Shown in pieces: positions 26,547-36,366 of a stretch of 64,000 nt of DNA. Each line of letters opens with the position of its first letter. The first letter of the stretch is position 1. The DNA is from an uncultured bacterium (lineage in GTDB: Bacteria > Patescibacteriota > Saccharimonadia > UBA4664 > SCTI01), in contig CAVRJJ010000005.1 of NCBI GenBank assembly GCA_963721685.1, positions 39,943-103,942 on the forward strand, in the 5' to 3' direction. The notes below the pieces were generated by a model. It did not search any database. It was not told where the DNA came from and saw only the letters and a program-made list of their open reading frames with translations. The translations under genes and the position numbers were made by a program.

Positions 26547-26962
26547 TAATCAAATCTCTTGGTTACGGTTTGGCGGGGGGAGTTGATATTGATATACCCG
26601 ACATTAGGCTGGCCTGGCACTCGGAATGCAAAGTCTACACCATTCACCGCGTCGGTGGTAAAATCGGGGGTTCGATAGCTGGCGGGGTCCAGCACATCAC
26701 ACGTCCCGGTTACGCAAGCCTCCGGCAAAAAGGCAGCGGCGTAGGCAGCCGGAACAAGACTAAGCAGCTGATTTTGTAGCGCAGATGGCAATTCAGCGGC
26801 AGCCGATTTGGGAGCAACCGAACCACCGGTTAACATAGCAGCTCCGCTGGACAGGCTAAAACCAATCGCGTATGAGCCAACCAGCGCGAGCGGCACAAGT
26901 AGGATGGCACGTTTAGGGGTGGCTATAAGAAACTGTAAACTTTTTCTTAAACTAATAGTCAT
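26546..26962 (-). CDS. Hypothetical membrane/secreted protein in the pilin operon
   Basis: Translationally coupled ORF with hydrophobic segment. Confidence 0.6.
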   Translation of the reverse strand: MTISLRKSLQFLIATPKRAILLVPLALVGSYAIGFSLSSGAAMLTGGSVAPKSAAAELPSALQNQLLSLVPAAYAAAFLPEACVTGTCDVLDPASYRTPDFTTDAVNGVDFAFRVPGQPNVGYININSPRQTVTKRFD

Positions 26963-27525
26963 TATAATTTCTCCAACGCTTCCTTTAGCAGTAACTGGGA
27001 TTTACCATCATCAAATGTGCCCCCGCTTGTAACCGCAGCGCTTACCACATACTTGCCCTTTTGTCCTACCACCGATTGCCGGGGCTGCACGCTCGACGAT
27101 CTACCGTCTGGAGACGGCACTGTCACTTGGGTCTGAGCACTGGCCTTACCGTCCGAAGCCTTCTTGTCGTCTGGATACTGGTACAAAATGAGACTGGCTT
27201 TTGTGTTGCCCGCGGTGTATTCACATTGACTAGAACTGTACGAAGCGGTAGTGAAAACGGTAAATTTGCTGTTTTTAACTACATTCGAGCCGATTACGCC
27301 CGAAACCACCTTGTCGTCTACCAGCCGACACGCCATCTTATATTTGGGCGCCGCTGGAGCCGCAGGATGTACGCCCATCACGGCAGAGCCAGATGCAGAC
27401 TTTTTAGCAGGTGTGTCGCTTAAACCATACTTGATCCACACGAAAATCACGAGGGCCACAGCCACTGCCACGATTACACCAACCAGACTAACTACTATTA
27501 GCACCGCGCGCTTACTCCCTAACAT
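26962..27525 (-). CDS. Hypothetical membrane-anchored protein with a Cys pair
   Basis: N-terminal TM; AC.LV...V...IG and CEY pattern. Confidence 0.65.
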   Translation of the reverse strand: MLGSKRAVLIVVSLVGVIVAVAVALVIFVWIKYGLSDTPAKKSASGSAVMGVHPAAPAAPKYKMACRLVDDKVVSGVIGSNVVKNSKFTVFTTASYSSSQCEYTAGNTKASLILYQYPDDKKASDGKASAQTQVTVPSPDGRSSSVQPRQSVVGQKGKYVVSAAVTSGGTFDDGKSQLLLKEALEKL

Positions 27526-27547
27526 CTTGCCTCCTTATGGCCATAAG

Positions 27548-29329
27548 CTACCATCCTGGCGCGGCCCATAACAGACTGTCCGCGCCGCCACTGTCCCACG
27601 AAGGGTTCAACAAACGCAGCGCGCCGTCGTCATAAAGCTTAAGCCAGGCTCCCGATACCAATGGCGCACCCTGCCATGAGGTAGCCCACACCGAACTAGG
27701 CGTCGGGCTAAACATCACCAAGTTACCGTTTGACTGCATAACCATGTAGGTGGCAGCGGTAGGGCCGGTGCTCCAGATATTTGAGCCGGAGTTGTCGTAG
27801 AGCGCCATATTGCCGTCGTTCCACAGGGCTAGCTTAGAGGAGCAGGAAAACGCATTAGCGTAGCAGCTGGGGTTGTAGGCGCGTAAAGCCATACGGTCAT
27901 TTTCTCCGTTATTTGAGTCCAGCTGCAAGTAGTCATCGGGAGCCATCCTGTCACTAACCGCCCAGCCGGATAAAGAGGCGGTTTTAAGGGCAGCTCCCCC
28001 CGAGTCATTAATGGTGAGGGTAGCATTTTTAGGGCCAGCGTTAATTAGACGGTTATTGGCAACACCGCTAGGAGGGAAAAACCGCACCGTTACCGTGCAG
28101 CTAGCGGTTGCTGCAAGCGTCGCGGGTGGCGCTGGGCAGTTTTCGGAAGCTATTGAGTAGCTGGAGGCGGCAGGGCCGGAAATGACGCCAGGCGTGGCCG
28201 CCAGCGTAACAGTGGAAGGCCCGGGATTCGTTATGGTAAACGGCTGTGTAGGCTTCGTCCCACCAGTATTAAACAAATGCCAGGCACCTGGAAATTCGTA
28301 TGCCGTGGGCGAAAGATTAACCGTGGGTGGCGAAGGCATGGTGGTGGAACAAGTAAACGACCCTGATTCAAAAGGAGGGGGCTCAAACCAGTACACATCA
28401 CTGCCATTCATGCGAGGGTCCCCAGCGTAGTCCGCGGGTTGCTCTAACTTTGCCCCCAGCGCCATCTTATTTTCTCGGGAAGATGGCCAGCCCATCCCTG
28501 CGGGATAGCAGTAATAGGCATAGGAGTATCCCGCGCCGCCTAGGGCGGGGAAAAAGACATCGCCTGTCCCATTGTTTACGGGATCAGTTGGCACGCCGGG
28601 AGGCGTTAAGAACGGCAAGAAACCACCTTGCGAGCTATAATCCCATCCTCCCGGATCGGCGCCGCCGTAAGCCGCGGTGGTAGGCAGCTTATTGCCGTTA
28701 GCGGCCGCGTAAGCCATTAAGCGGTCATGTATAGCCACTAAGTCCTCAATACGCTGGCAGTCCCTGCCCTGGGGTGTCGTAAGCGGCGCGGGGCACAGCG
28801 GAGGCGGGGGCGGCGGGGCGAGAAATCCCCCATTTAACGGGTCGGTCACAAACAGCGGAGCGCTACAAGTAGGCGTAAAGTCATAAGTTGCCGGGGCCGC
28901 AAACACAGAGCCCGATTCGCGAGTGAAGATCATTGCTTGCTTGGCGCCGTTATATTCCAGTTGATTTGGCAAAGTAATCTCTTCCCTGTCACAGGCATCC
29001 AATCTGGCGTTAGGATCTTCGGCGTCTCCGATCAATGTGTACACGTACATTCTCGTCCGGTCGACACCAGGATCGAATTCCACCAATTTGCCAAACACGT
29101 CTTTCGTTGAAACCCCGGTTCCGGCGGTGCCGACCTTTACGCCGCTAAAGGCCTCATTTTTGACCCTCACCAATTGGCTATGAATCTGGTCGATCGCGGT
29201 GTTAAAGGAAGTTTCTTTACGCAAGCCCGCTTGCGCCGTCATGGCGCCCGCGATTAATAGGGCCGTAATTGCAAGTGCAAGTACAGTTTCAATAAGGGTA
29301 AATCCACGTTGGTTTTTCACCTTCACCAT
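27548..29329 (-). CDS. Large minor pilin with Ig-like and C-terminal bulb-type (GNA) lectin domains
   Basis: QRG-FTLIETVLAL prepilin motif; FTITNPG..ENC..SCTVTVRF..ATLTI Ig-like domain; WNDGNMALY, MQSNGNLVMF, LYDDGALRL lectin-like repeats. Confidence 0.8.
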   Translation of the reverse strand: MVKVKNQRGFTLIETVLALAITALLIAGAMTAQAGLRKETSFNTAIDQIHSQLVRVKNEAFSGVKVGTAGTGVSTKDVFGKLVEFDPGVDRTRMYVYTLIGDAEDPNARLDACDREEITLPNQLEYNGAKQAMIFTRESGSVFAAPATYDFTPTCSAPLFVTDPLNGGFLAPPPPPPLCPAPLTTPQGRDCQRIEDLVAIHDRLMAYAAANGNKLPTTAAYGGADPGGWDYSSQGGFLPFLTPPGVPTDPVNNGTGDVFFPALGGAGYSYAYYCYPAGMGWPSSRENKMALGAKLEQPADYAGDPRMNGSDVYWFEPPPFESGSFTCSTTMPSPPTVNLSPTAYEFPGAWHLFNTGGTKPTQPFTITNPGPSTVTLAATPGVISGPAASSYSIASENCPAPPATLAATASCTVTVRFFPPSGVANNRLINAGPKNATLTINDSGGAALKTASLSGWAVSDRMAPDDYLQLDSNNGENDRMALRAYNPSCYANAFSCSSKLALWNDGNMALYDNSGSNIWSTGPTAATYMVMQSNGNLVMFSPTPSSVWATSWQGAPLVSGAWLKLYDDGALRLLNPSWDSGGADSLLWAAPGW

Positions 29330-29353
29330 CTTGATAGAATTATAGCATAAGTA

Positions 29354-30163
29354 TTATGGATACTGGGGCAAAAGAATACTAAAACCGCTAACTTGCATGT
29401 ACCAGCCAATGATTTCCGCGCCATATAAGTAGGCCACAACGGTCCCCGCAATCAAAAAGGGTCCAAACGGGATGTGTTCGGTGCGTTTTTTAACTTTGAA
29501 CCAGATCAATAATAAGCCAATTACAGCCGCGGTATTAAACGCGATAAGCATGGCCAACGCGGTATTCTGTAAGCCCAGCAGAAGCCCCATAACGAATGCC
29601 AGCTTAATATCCCCTCCTCCCATCCATTTACCCCCCGAAACCGCTGCTAAACTGTAGAAGAACCCGCCAAACAAGACGGCTGCCGCCACCGAACCTATGA
29701 GCGGCTGCACCGACTGCGCCATGACGGCGTGGGTAATGGCCATGGCAACAGCCGGAACGATTAAAGGGAGCAACACTTTGTCTGGCAGCAAATACCAGCG
29801 GATATCATAGACCGCGAGGATGACCATGCTGGAAAGTATATAGAGCCATATGCCAAAAAAAATGAGGTTGGAAAAAGTATTTAACTCAAGCTGCAGGTAA
29901 CTTACGACAAATAAGGCCGCGGTAACCAGTTCTACCAAGGGATACTGAACGGAAATCGGTTTTTTACAATGGCGGCAGCGCCCGCGCTGCATAACCCAGC
30001 TGATTAGTGGCACTAACTCACCTGACGCAAGCGGGTGTTTGCAGCGCGGACACTCCGACCGGCCTTTGACAAACTGTTTTCCCGCGTGTAACCGCACAAT
30101 AACCACGTTCAAGAAGCTACCAACGAGAAGGCCAAGCACACCTATAAGAAAAAGCATAAGCAT
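29354..30163 (-). CDS. pilD: Prepilin peptidase
   Basis: GSFLNVVIVR, CPRC..CRHC, MGGGDIKL, IPFGPFL. Confidence 0.95.
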   Translation of the reverse strand: MLMLFLIGVLGLLVGSFLNVVIVRLHAGKQFVKGRSECPRCKHPLASGELVPLISWVMQRGRCRHCKKPISVQYPLVELVTAALFVVSYLQLELNTFSNLIFFGIWLYILSSMVILAVYDIRWYLLPDKVLLPLIVPAVAMAITHAVMAQSVQPLIGSVAAAVLFGGFFYSLAAVSGGKWMGGGDIKLAFVMGLLLGLQNTALAMLIAFNTAAVIGLLLIWFKVKKRTEHIPFGPFLIAGTVVAYLYGAEIIGWYMQVSGFSILLPQYP

Positions 30164-30170
30164 AGTATAA

Positions 30171-30200
30171 CAAAGAACCGCTCCGAAGAGCGGCCCTTTG
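30171..30200 (-). terminator. Terminator after the major pilin
   Basis: CCGCTC-TTCG-GAGCGG-TTCTTT on the minus strand. Confidence 0.7.
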
Positions 30201-30214
30201 CAAACTAGGATGTC

Positions 30215-30646
30215 TTAGCTGTTAGTGGTACAGAACCAATCGCCACTTTCAAGTCGGGTAGCGACTTGCCAGTTACGGTTGACAACCGTTACCTGAGAAT
30301 CGTTAACCGCGCCAGTGCCCGGCGCTGGACAAGTGCCAATCGCACCGACCGCGGTCAGTGTATACTCGGTATTGTCCGGTGTTTGCGTACGGGCCGCAAC
30401 CACCGTGGTAAATTGGGCTAGGGTCAGCCCGCCGGCCGCTGTTGGGTAGTTACCTCTTCGGTTCCCAGCTGACTCTTCAAGCAACGAACCAATTACCGCC
30501 GCATCATCACGCCGTTGGGCATCGCGCCGGCTTTGCTGGGCGCCCCTAACGGCAATAAAGATTGCCACCAAAATCAATGCCGCGATTGCCAAAACAATCA
30601 CGATCTCGATCAGCGTGAAGCCTTTCTTGTTAGTTAACTTTTTCAT
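30215..30646 (-). CDS. pilA: Major type IV pilin
   Basis: KKG-FTLIEIVIVLAI; 143 aa; strong AAGGAGGT RBS and own terminator. Confidence 0.85.
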   Translation of the reverse strand: MKKLTNKKGFTLIEIVIVLAIAALILVAIFIAVRGAQQSRRDAQRRDDAAVIGSLLEESAGNRRGNYPTAAGGLTLAQFTTVVAARTQTPDNTEYTLTAVGAIGTCPAPGTGAVNDSQVTVVNRNWQVATRLESGDWFCTTNS

Positions 30647-30729
30647 TTTACATTCACCTCCTTGTATATGACCAATTGTAAATCATCTTAGCATTAGTAT
30701 TACTGAAAGTGCTTACGGTTGTCAAGCGG

Positions 30730-31956
30730 TTATTTGAGCTGGTCAACCCCGCCGCCCCCAATCAAGCTGTACACCGGACCCAACACGGCTATAATGATGC
30801 CCATGATCAGCGTGCCCATAATCACCATCATTAAAGGTTCAATGGTGGTAGAAAGATTCTTTACCGCCTCGTCTACCTCATCTTCGTAGTAAACCGCTGC
30901 CTTATCGAGCATGGTATCTATAGCGCCCGATTCTTCGCCAATTTTGCTCATCTGGGCTACCAGTGGAAGAAAATGGGTGCTGTTTTCAAGGCCTTGGGAC
31001 AGCGACTTGCCTCCCCGAACCATACCAATGGCTTCGTTAACGTCGGCCGCTAAAATACGGTTACTAATGGCGTTGCGGGAAGTTTCCATGGCTTGAAGCA
31101 TCGGAATACCGCTGGCGAGCAAGGTGTGCATGGTTCGCGCGAATCGAGCCATATAGACCTTCTTAAACAGAATGCCGAAAATAGGCATCCTCAGTTTATA
31201 ACTATCGATGTGCAATTGGATGTTTTCAGTAATTAGTAGCTTCTTGGCGCCAAGGAAGGCCGGTACCATAGCGAGCAAAATGGCCCACCAGAAGGCTTTC
31301 AAGAAATCAGACATGCTAATTAGGATTTTGGTAGCAAATGGCAATTCCTTCTTAAGGTCGGCGTACAGCTTGGCAACTTCAGGAACCACGGTAGTAAGCA
31401 TCAAAATGATTACGCCAATAATCAGCGCAAATACAATCGCCGGATACACCAAGGCGCTCCGAATCTTTCCGGCGATCGCCGCCTCTTTTTCCTGCTGGTT
31501 GGCTAGTCTCAGTAGAGCCTGGTCAAGCGTACCGGAGGTTTCGCCGGCGGAAACTAAAGCAATATAGATCTCATTAAAGACTGCTGGGTGCTGCGCGAAG
31601 GCGTTGGCTAAGGTTGAGCCGCCTTCAACGCTTGCCACCACCGAATTAAGCACTCCCTTGAACTTGGGGCTGGTGATCTGCTCCTCGACGGTGCGTAATC
31701 CTTTAGCGAGCGGGAGTCCGGCATTTACCAGCGTAGAGAGTTGCCGGGTAAAGATAACCCGTTCCTTGGTGCTGATGCGTCCCTTAAGTCCGATGCGGTT
31801 TAAGATGTTACTTTCCGTTTTAGGGGTGATGTCGAGCGGAAACAAGCTTTGGTCGCGTAGTACTTTAGCTGCGGCTTGCACGCTTTCAGCTTTTACGTCT
31901 GCCTTTACCACCTGTCCGGTAGCGAGGTTCTTGGCAGTAAAGTTATAGTCGATCAT
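30730..31956 (-). CDS. pilC: Type IV pilus platform protein
   Basis: FTRQLSTLVNAGLPL, GETSGTLD, GEESG, IEP. Confidence 0.95.
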   Translation of the reverse strand: MIDYNFTAKNLATGQVVKADVKAESVQAAAKVLRDQSLFPLDITPKTESNILNRIGLKGRISTKERVIFTRQLSTLVNAGLPLAKGLRTVEEQITSPKFKGVLNSVVASVEGGSTLANAFAQHPAVFNEIYIALVSAGETSGTLDQALLRLANQQEKEAAIAGKIRSALVYPAIVFALIIGVIILMLTTVVPEVAKLYADLKKELPFATKILISMSDFLKAFWWAILLAMVPAFLGAKKLLITENIQLHIDSYKLRMPIFGILFKKVYMARFARTMHTLLASGIPMLQAMETSRNAISNRILAADVNEAIGMVRGGKSLSQGLENSTHFLPLVAQMSKIGEESGAIDTMLDKAAVYYEDEVDEAVKNLSTTIEPLMMVIMGTLIMGIIIAVLGPVYSLIGGGGVDQLK

Positions 31957-31960
31957 GCCC

Positions 31961-33032
31961 CTAGGACCTCATTAGCCTTTCAAGCTCGTTCAAGTCAACC
32001 GCGTAGTTTTTGGCTTCATCAAAGGTGATTTTACCATCATGGATGAGCTTAACCAGGGTACGGTCCATCGATTGCATCCCGTCATCGGCTCCGGTTTGGA
32101 TAACCGAGTCAAGCTGGTGGGTTTTGCCCTTCGCGGATAATGTTGCGGGCGGCCGAGGTCATAACTAAAATTTCGGCGGCCGCAACCCGCCCCCCCCCAA
32201 TTTGGGGAATGAGGCGCTGCGAGCAAATAGCCTGCAGCATGCTGGCCACCTGAACGCGAATTTGCTGTTGCTGGTGCGGCGGGAACACATCAATCATGCG
32301 GTCAATTGACTGGGCCGCGGAGTTGGTATGGAGCGTAGCAAGCACAAGATGGCCGGTTTCGGCTAAGGTTATGGCCGAGGAAATCGTTTCAAGGTCGCGC
32401 ATTTCCCCCACTAAAATGACATCCGGATCCTGGCGCATACTAGAACGCAAGGCCGAACCAAACGAATAGGTGTCGTAGTGCACTTCGCGTTGCACTACAA
32501 TCGATTTTTTACTGGTATGGGCATACTCAATGGGGTCTTCAATCGTAATAATATGGCGGGACTGCTCACGGTTAACCTGGTCTAAAATGGCCGCCAAGGT
32601 GGTAGACTTGCCGGAGCCGGTTGGTCCGGTTACCAAAACTAACCCGCGAGGATAATTGGCGAACTTGCTCACCACGGCGGGCATATCCAACTCTTCAAGG
32701 GTGCGGATCTTATTGGGAATCAAGCGAAAAGCGCCCGCCAGGTTGCCCCGCTCATGAAAAGCGTTCACCCGGAAGCGGCCATATTCGCCAAAGCTGAAGG
32801 AGAAATCAACTTCCTTGTCTTTTACTAAAATTTTCTTCTGCTCCTCATCGAGCACCGACATTAACAGCTTTTCTATGGCATCTCCATCAAGAACCGGCGC
32901 TTCATCAACCGCAACCAACGATCCGTCAACGCGCAGCATCGGCGGCAAACCTACCTGGATATGAAGGTCGGACGCGTTGCGCTTAATAATTTCTTCGAGA
33001 AGTATTTCAATTTTTAGTCCCGCTGCCTGCAT
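31961..33032 (-). CDS. pilT: Retraction ATPase PilT, with a one-base insertion frameshift near 32128
   Basis: GPTGSGKSTT, TIEDPIE, RQDPDVILVGEMRD; removing one G from GAAGGGCAAA restores REGKTHQLDSVIQTG...GMQSMD to the stop at 31961. Confidence 0.93.
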
Positions 33033-33104
33033 AATTTTGCATCACCCCTTTGTAAGCATAACCATTTAGTTTAAGGATAGCATATCCGTTTGGTGTCTGT
33101 CATG

Positions 33105-34877
33105 TTAGAAATCGGACGCCACCCGCGCCACCTCTTCCAGGGTCGTTAAGCCATTTAAGGCTTTTAGGTAACCATCTTGTTTCATTGTTACCATCCCGTC
33201 TTTCTGGGCCTGTGTTTGAATCTCGGTGGTTGTGGCTTTGCGAACCAATAAATCTGTCATGGCTTCGCTCAGTGTAAAGACCTCATAAATACCCGTCCGG
33301 CCTTTATACCCTTCCTTGCAATCCTTACACCCTTTACCCCGGTACAGGGTGTAGGCGGTTTGCCCGTCGAGCGGCACAATGTCATATCCCAAGTCGGTTT
33401 TGGCAGTTTCAACCTCCTTTTCGGTTTTTGGCAAAATGTCTATCAGTGTTTCTTTGATCGACTTAATTTCAGCCTCATCGGCCGGGTGCTCTTCCCGGCA
33501 GCTGGGGCAAACCTGCCGTACCAGGCGCTGGCCAATAACGGTATTAACGGTGGAGCCAACCAAAAACGGTTCAACGCCCATATCGAGCAGACGCGGCAGT
33601 ACGCCAGCGGCGGAGTTTGTGTGGATGGTTGAAAGCACTACATGCCCGGTTAAGGCCGACTGGACCGCTAAATTAGCGGTTTCCGGGTCGCGGATCTCCC
33701 CCACCATAATGACGTTGGGGTCTTGGCGTAAAATCGACCGCAAGCCACTGGCAAAGGTTAGCCCCACCTCTGTATTAATTTGGATCTGGTTTACCCCCTC
33801 CATCTTGTACTCTACCGGATCTTCCAGGGTGACAATATTGATTTTGACATTTTTAATGGCAACCAACGCCGCGTATAAAGTAGTGGACTTACCTGATCCC
33901 GTTGGCCCGGTAGCCAATGTCATGCCGTGAGGCTTCTTGATCCCTTCCACAATATTGCGGAACGCCCTTCCTTTATACCCCAGCGATTCAAGCGTGAGCA
34001 TCTCTGAGTCTTTATTCAGCAAGCGGATAACAATTTGCTCACCCCAGACTACCGGGGAAATGGCAATACGCAGGTCAATCTCCTGCTTGCCAACATTAAT
34101 CACGAACTGGCCGTCTTGCGGAACCCGATGCTCATCAATTTTTAAATTGGAAAGGATTTTAATACGTGAGACTAGCGCCGGCTCAATGGTTTTCGGCAGT
34201 TTCATCGCCTCCTGCAATACGCCATCAACCCGGAAACGTATGCGCACGTCTTCTTCGCGCGGCTCCACGTGGATATCCGAGGCCCGAGAGTTTACCGCGT
34301 ACTCCAGGATCGTGCTTAAGGCCTTGGAAATAGGCGCGTCTTGCACTAGGTTTTGCAGCGACTTACCGCTCAGCTTTTTGTCGTCTTTCTCGCTTTGCTC
34401 GGTAGCGGTTTGAACTATCTTCTTTAGGTCGGCCGAAATTTCCGCGGCATACTGAAGCATAATGGTCTCTACCCCGCTTTGCGAAGCCATGAACGTGGTG
34501 AGCGGCTGGCCGACTTTACGGGTTAGGAAGTCAACCGCCTGCAAATTGGTGGGGTCAACCATGGCAACCGCTAACCGGCCGTCCACCTTCCCAAAGGCCA
34601 CTGCACCATAAGTTTCGGCAAATTCGCGCGGTATCGCTGAAAGCACCGCTTGAGGCACCACTACCCCTGAAAGATTCACATACTGCAACCCGCTGGCTTT
34701 AGCCAGAATCCGCGACGTTTCCTCATCATCTATAAGGCCGGCTTTCTGCAAAATAGCCAGCAGCGGCTGGCTATCGTGAAGCGCCCGCAGCTTAAAGTCG
34801 TCTAATTGCTCGGTGGTGAGAATATTTTTCTCAAGCAGAAGCTCTTCAACATTGCGCTGGGTCTTAGTTGATAGCAT
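33105..34877 (-). CDS. pilB: Pilus assembly ATPase
   Basis: ASDIHVEP, PQDG, GPTGSGKSTT, LRQDPN, Cys tetrad, GYKGRTGIYE. Confidence 0.96.
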   Translation of the reverse strand: MLSTKTQRNVEELLLEKNILTTEQLDDFKLRALHDSQPLLAILQKAGLIDDEETSRILAKASGLQYVNLSGVVVPQAVLSAIPREFAETYGAVAFGKVDGRLAVAMVDPTNLQAVDFLTRKVGQPLTTFMASQSGVETIMLQYAAEISADLKKIVQTATEQSEKDDKKLSGKSLQNLVQDAPISKALSTILEYAVNSRASDIHVEPREEDVRIRFRVDGVLQEAMKLPKTIEPALVSRIKILSNLKIDEHRVPQDGQFVINVGKQEIDLRIAISPVVWGEQIVIRLLNKDSEMLTLESLGYKGRAFRNIVEGIKKPHGMTLATGPTGSGKSTTLYAALVAIKNVKINIVTLEDPVEYKMEGVNQIQINTEVGLTFASGLRSILRQDPNVIMVGEIRDPETANLAVQSALTGHVVLSTIHTNSAAGVLPRLLDMGVEPFLVGSTVNTVIGQRLVRQVCPSCREEHPADEAEIKSIKETLIDILPKTEKEVETAKTDLGYDIVPLDGQTAYTLYRGKGCKDCKEGYKGRTGIYEVFTLSEAMTDLLVRKATTTEIQTQAQKDGMVTMKQDGYLKALNGLTTLEEVARVASDF

Positions 34878-34884
34878 GGGCTAC

Positions 34885-35148
34885 CTAACGTATGGGCTTA
34901 AATGGTGACTGATTTCCGATGCCCGAGCGCAGGTCCGGAGGGACATAAAAGTCCTTTACCGTGCTCGCGTCGGTTATCTTTAATAGCTGTTTTGAATCAA
35001 AGTCGGAGGCAATCGGACGAACCTCTTCGTAGGTGTACTTACTCTTTGAAGATTTTCCGCCGCCCGAAAGCTGGCTGAAAACAACTATCCCAGCTACCAC
35101 GAAAATGAGGCCGGCAACTGAAAGCTGAATTATTTCTTTCTGTTTCAT
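34885..35148 (-). CDS. Small TM protein in the PilP position
   Basis: TM segment plus C-terminal SPF motif, after pilO. Confidence 0.6.
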   Translation of the reverse strand: MKQKEIIQLSVAGLIFVVAGIVVFSQLSGGGKSSKSKYTYEEVRPIASDFDSKQLLKITDASTVKDFYVPPDLRSGIGNQSPFKPIR

Positions 35149-35789
35149 TGAAGCTCCTTGATGGGGTCTGTTAAGTCGGTTTTAACTTGGTAGGCTGTTT
35201 CAACTTGAAGCGTGACGCGCAGGACCTCATCATTACCTTTAAACTCAGCCGCGGTTACCCGTAGCGGACGGACAGAAAGTTCCATGTTCTTCAAAAGGCC
35301 TAGAATTTTTTCATATGAACCCTGTACTTCTATGCTAAAGCTAACCGGCACGGCGGCGGCGCCTGTTGATTGCTGGGTCACATCGCTGGCTTGCTGGGCC
35401 ACGGTGTCGGGATTAATAGCCTTTACGTTAACGCCAGCTGAAGTGGCCGCGAACTCAATTAAGCTTACAATCTGAGGAAAATCCGGAGTATTGGGAATGG
35501 CGTGCTCTATGAGCACCCGCCGCTGCCCCAGCCCATGGTATTCATCAATTAATTCTGTCGCGTTGGTAATTTTGTCATCGTACTTGTTTTGGACATCAAC
35601 TTTTTTGGCAATGAGCCTGGTTTGCATATAAGCGGTTTTACCCAAGTTAAGCGCCACATACAGCGTAATACCTATCACCATCACGCAAATAAGTGCCATG
35701 AGGGCTAAATAGTTGTTAGTTGAAGCCGTTTTCTTCTCTAAGGCTTTGGATAGTTTGGGGCCCTTCGCGGGGGCTTTAGTTTTGGCCAC
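35145..35789 (-). CDS. pilO: Pilus alignment protein PilO
   Basis: TM, coiled coil, IP..PD, V.GSYE..LKNME..R. Confidence 0.8.
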   Translation of the reverse strand: MAKTKAPAKGPKLSKALEKKTASTNNYLALMALICVMVIGITLYVALNLGKTAYMQTRLIAKKVDVQNKYDDKITNATELIDEYHGLGQRRVLIEHAIPNTPDFPQIVSLIEFAATSAGVNVKAINPDTVAQQASDVTQQSTGAAAVPVSFSIEVQGSYEKILGLLKNMELSVRPLRVTAAEFKGNDEVLRVTLQVETAYQVKTDLTDPIKELQ

Positions 35790-36366
35790 TTGTCACCTCG
35801 CTAGACATCTTGGTAGTTAATTTAAAGGACACAACCCCCGCCGTATCTTCACTCACCGCCGCCAGTTCCGTGCCGCTAAAGAAAGGCGTGTTTGAATCTG
35901 AAGGTTTGTTCCCAATTTCCACATTTGCCGCGTCGAGCGCCTTAGCAAACTTTGTGGCTAACGCAAAGGTTTTGGCAGTAGCTTTTACTTCCAGGGTATT
36001 GTCGTCGGCGATACTAAGCGACTCAACGGAAACACCTTGAGGCGAAAAGTCTTGCAGCACGTTAAAAAAGGCGCTTAAATAGGTTTTTTCATCATTGAGC
36101 TTATTCCACGTCTTTAAATGGTCGTTTAGGGTAACGGCCGCCTGCAAGTCTGACATTTCGGTCAGTTTTTCCTTCTTACCGTCAATACTGCCCTGCAGGC
36201 CAAGTAAAATGCCCTTTTGACTCAACACAATTAAAATTAGGACACCGACAATGGCGGTGCATACCACGCCCACCAAAATGGCGACGGTTGAGGCAAGCTT
36301 TTTACGGCGCTTATTGCGCTGGCTCGTCTGGTAAACTTCCGGAGCTAGGTTAATGCGAGTTGTCAT
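35776..36366 (-). CDS. pilN: Pilus alignment protein PilN
   Basis: N-terminal RINLAP motif, TM segment, position after pilM. Confidence 0.8.
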   Translation of the reverse strand: MTTRINLAPEVYQTSQRNKRRKKLASTVAILVGVVCTAIVGVLILIVLSQKGILLGLQGSIDGKKEKLTEMSDLQAAVTLNDHLKTWNKLNDEKTYLSAFFNVLQDFSPQGVSVESLSIADDNTLEVKATAKTFALATKFAKALDAANVEIGNKPSDSNTPFFSGTELAAVSEDTAGVVSFKLTTKMSSEVTSGQN

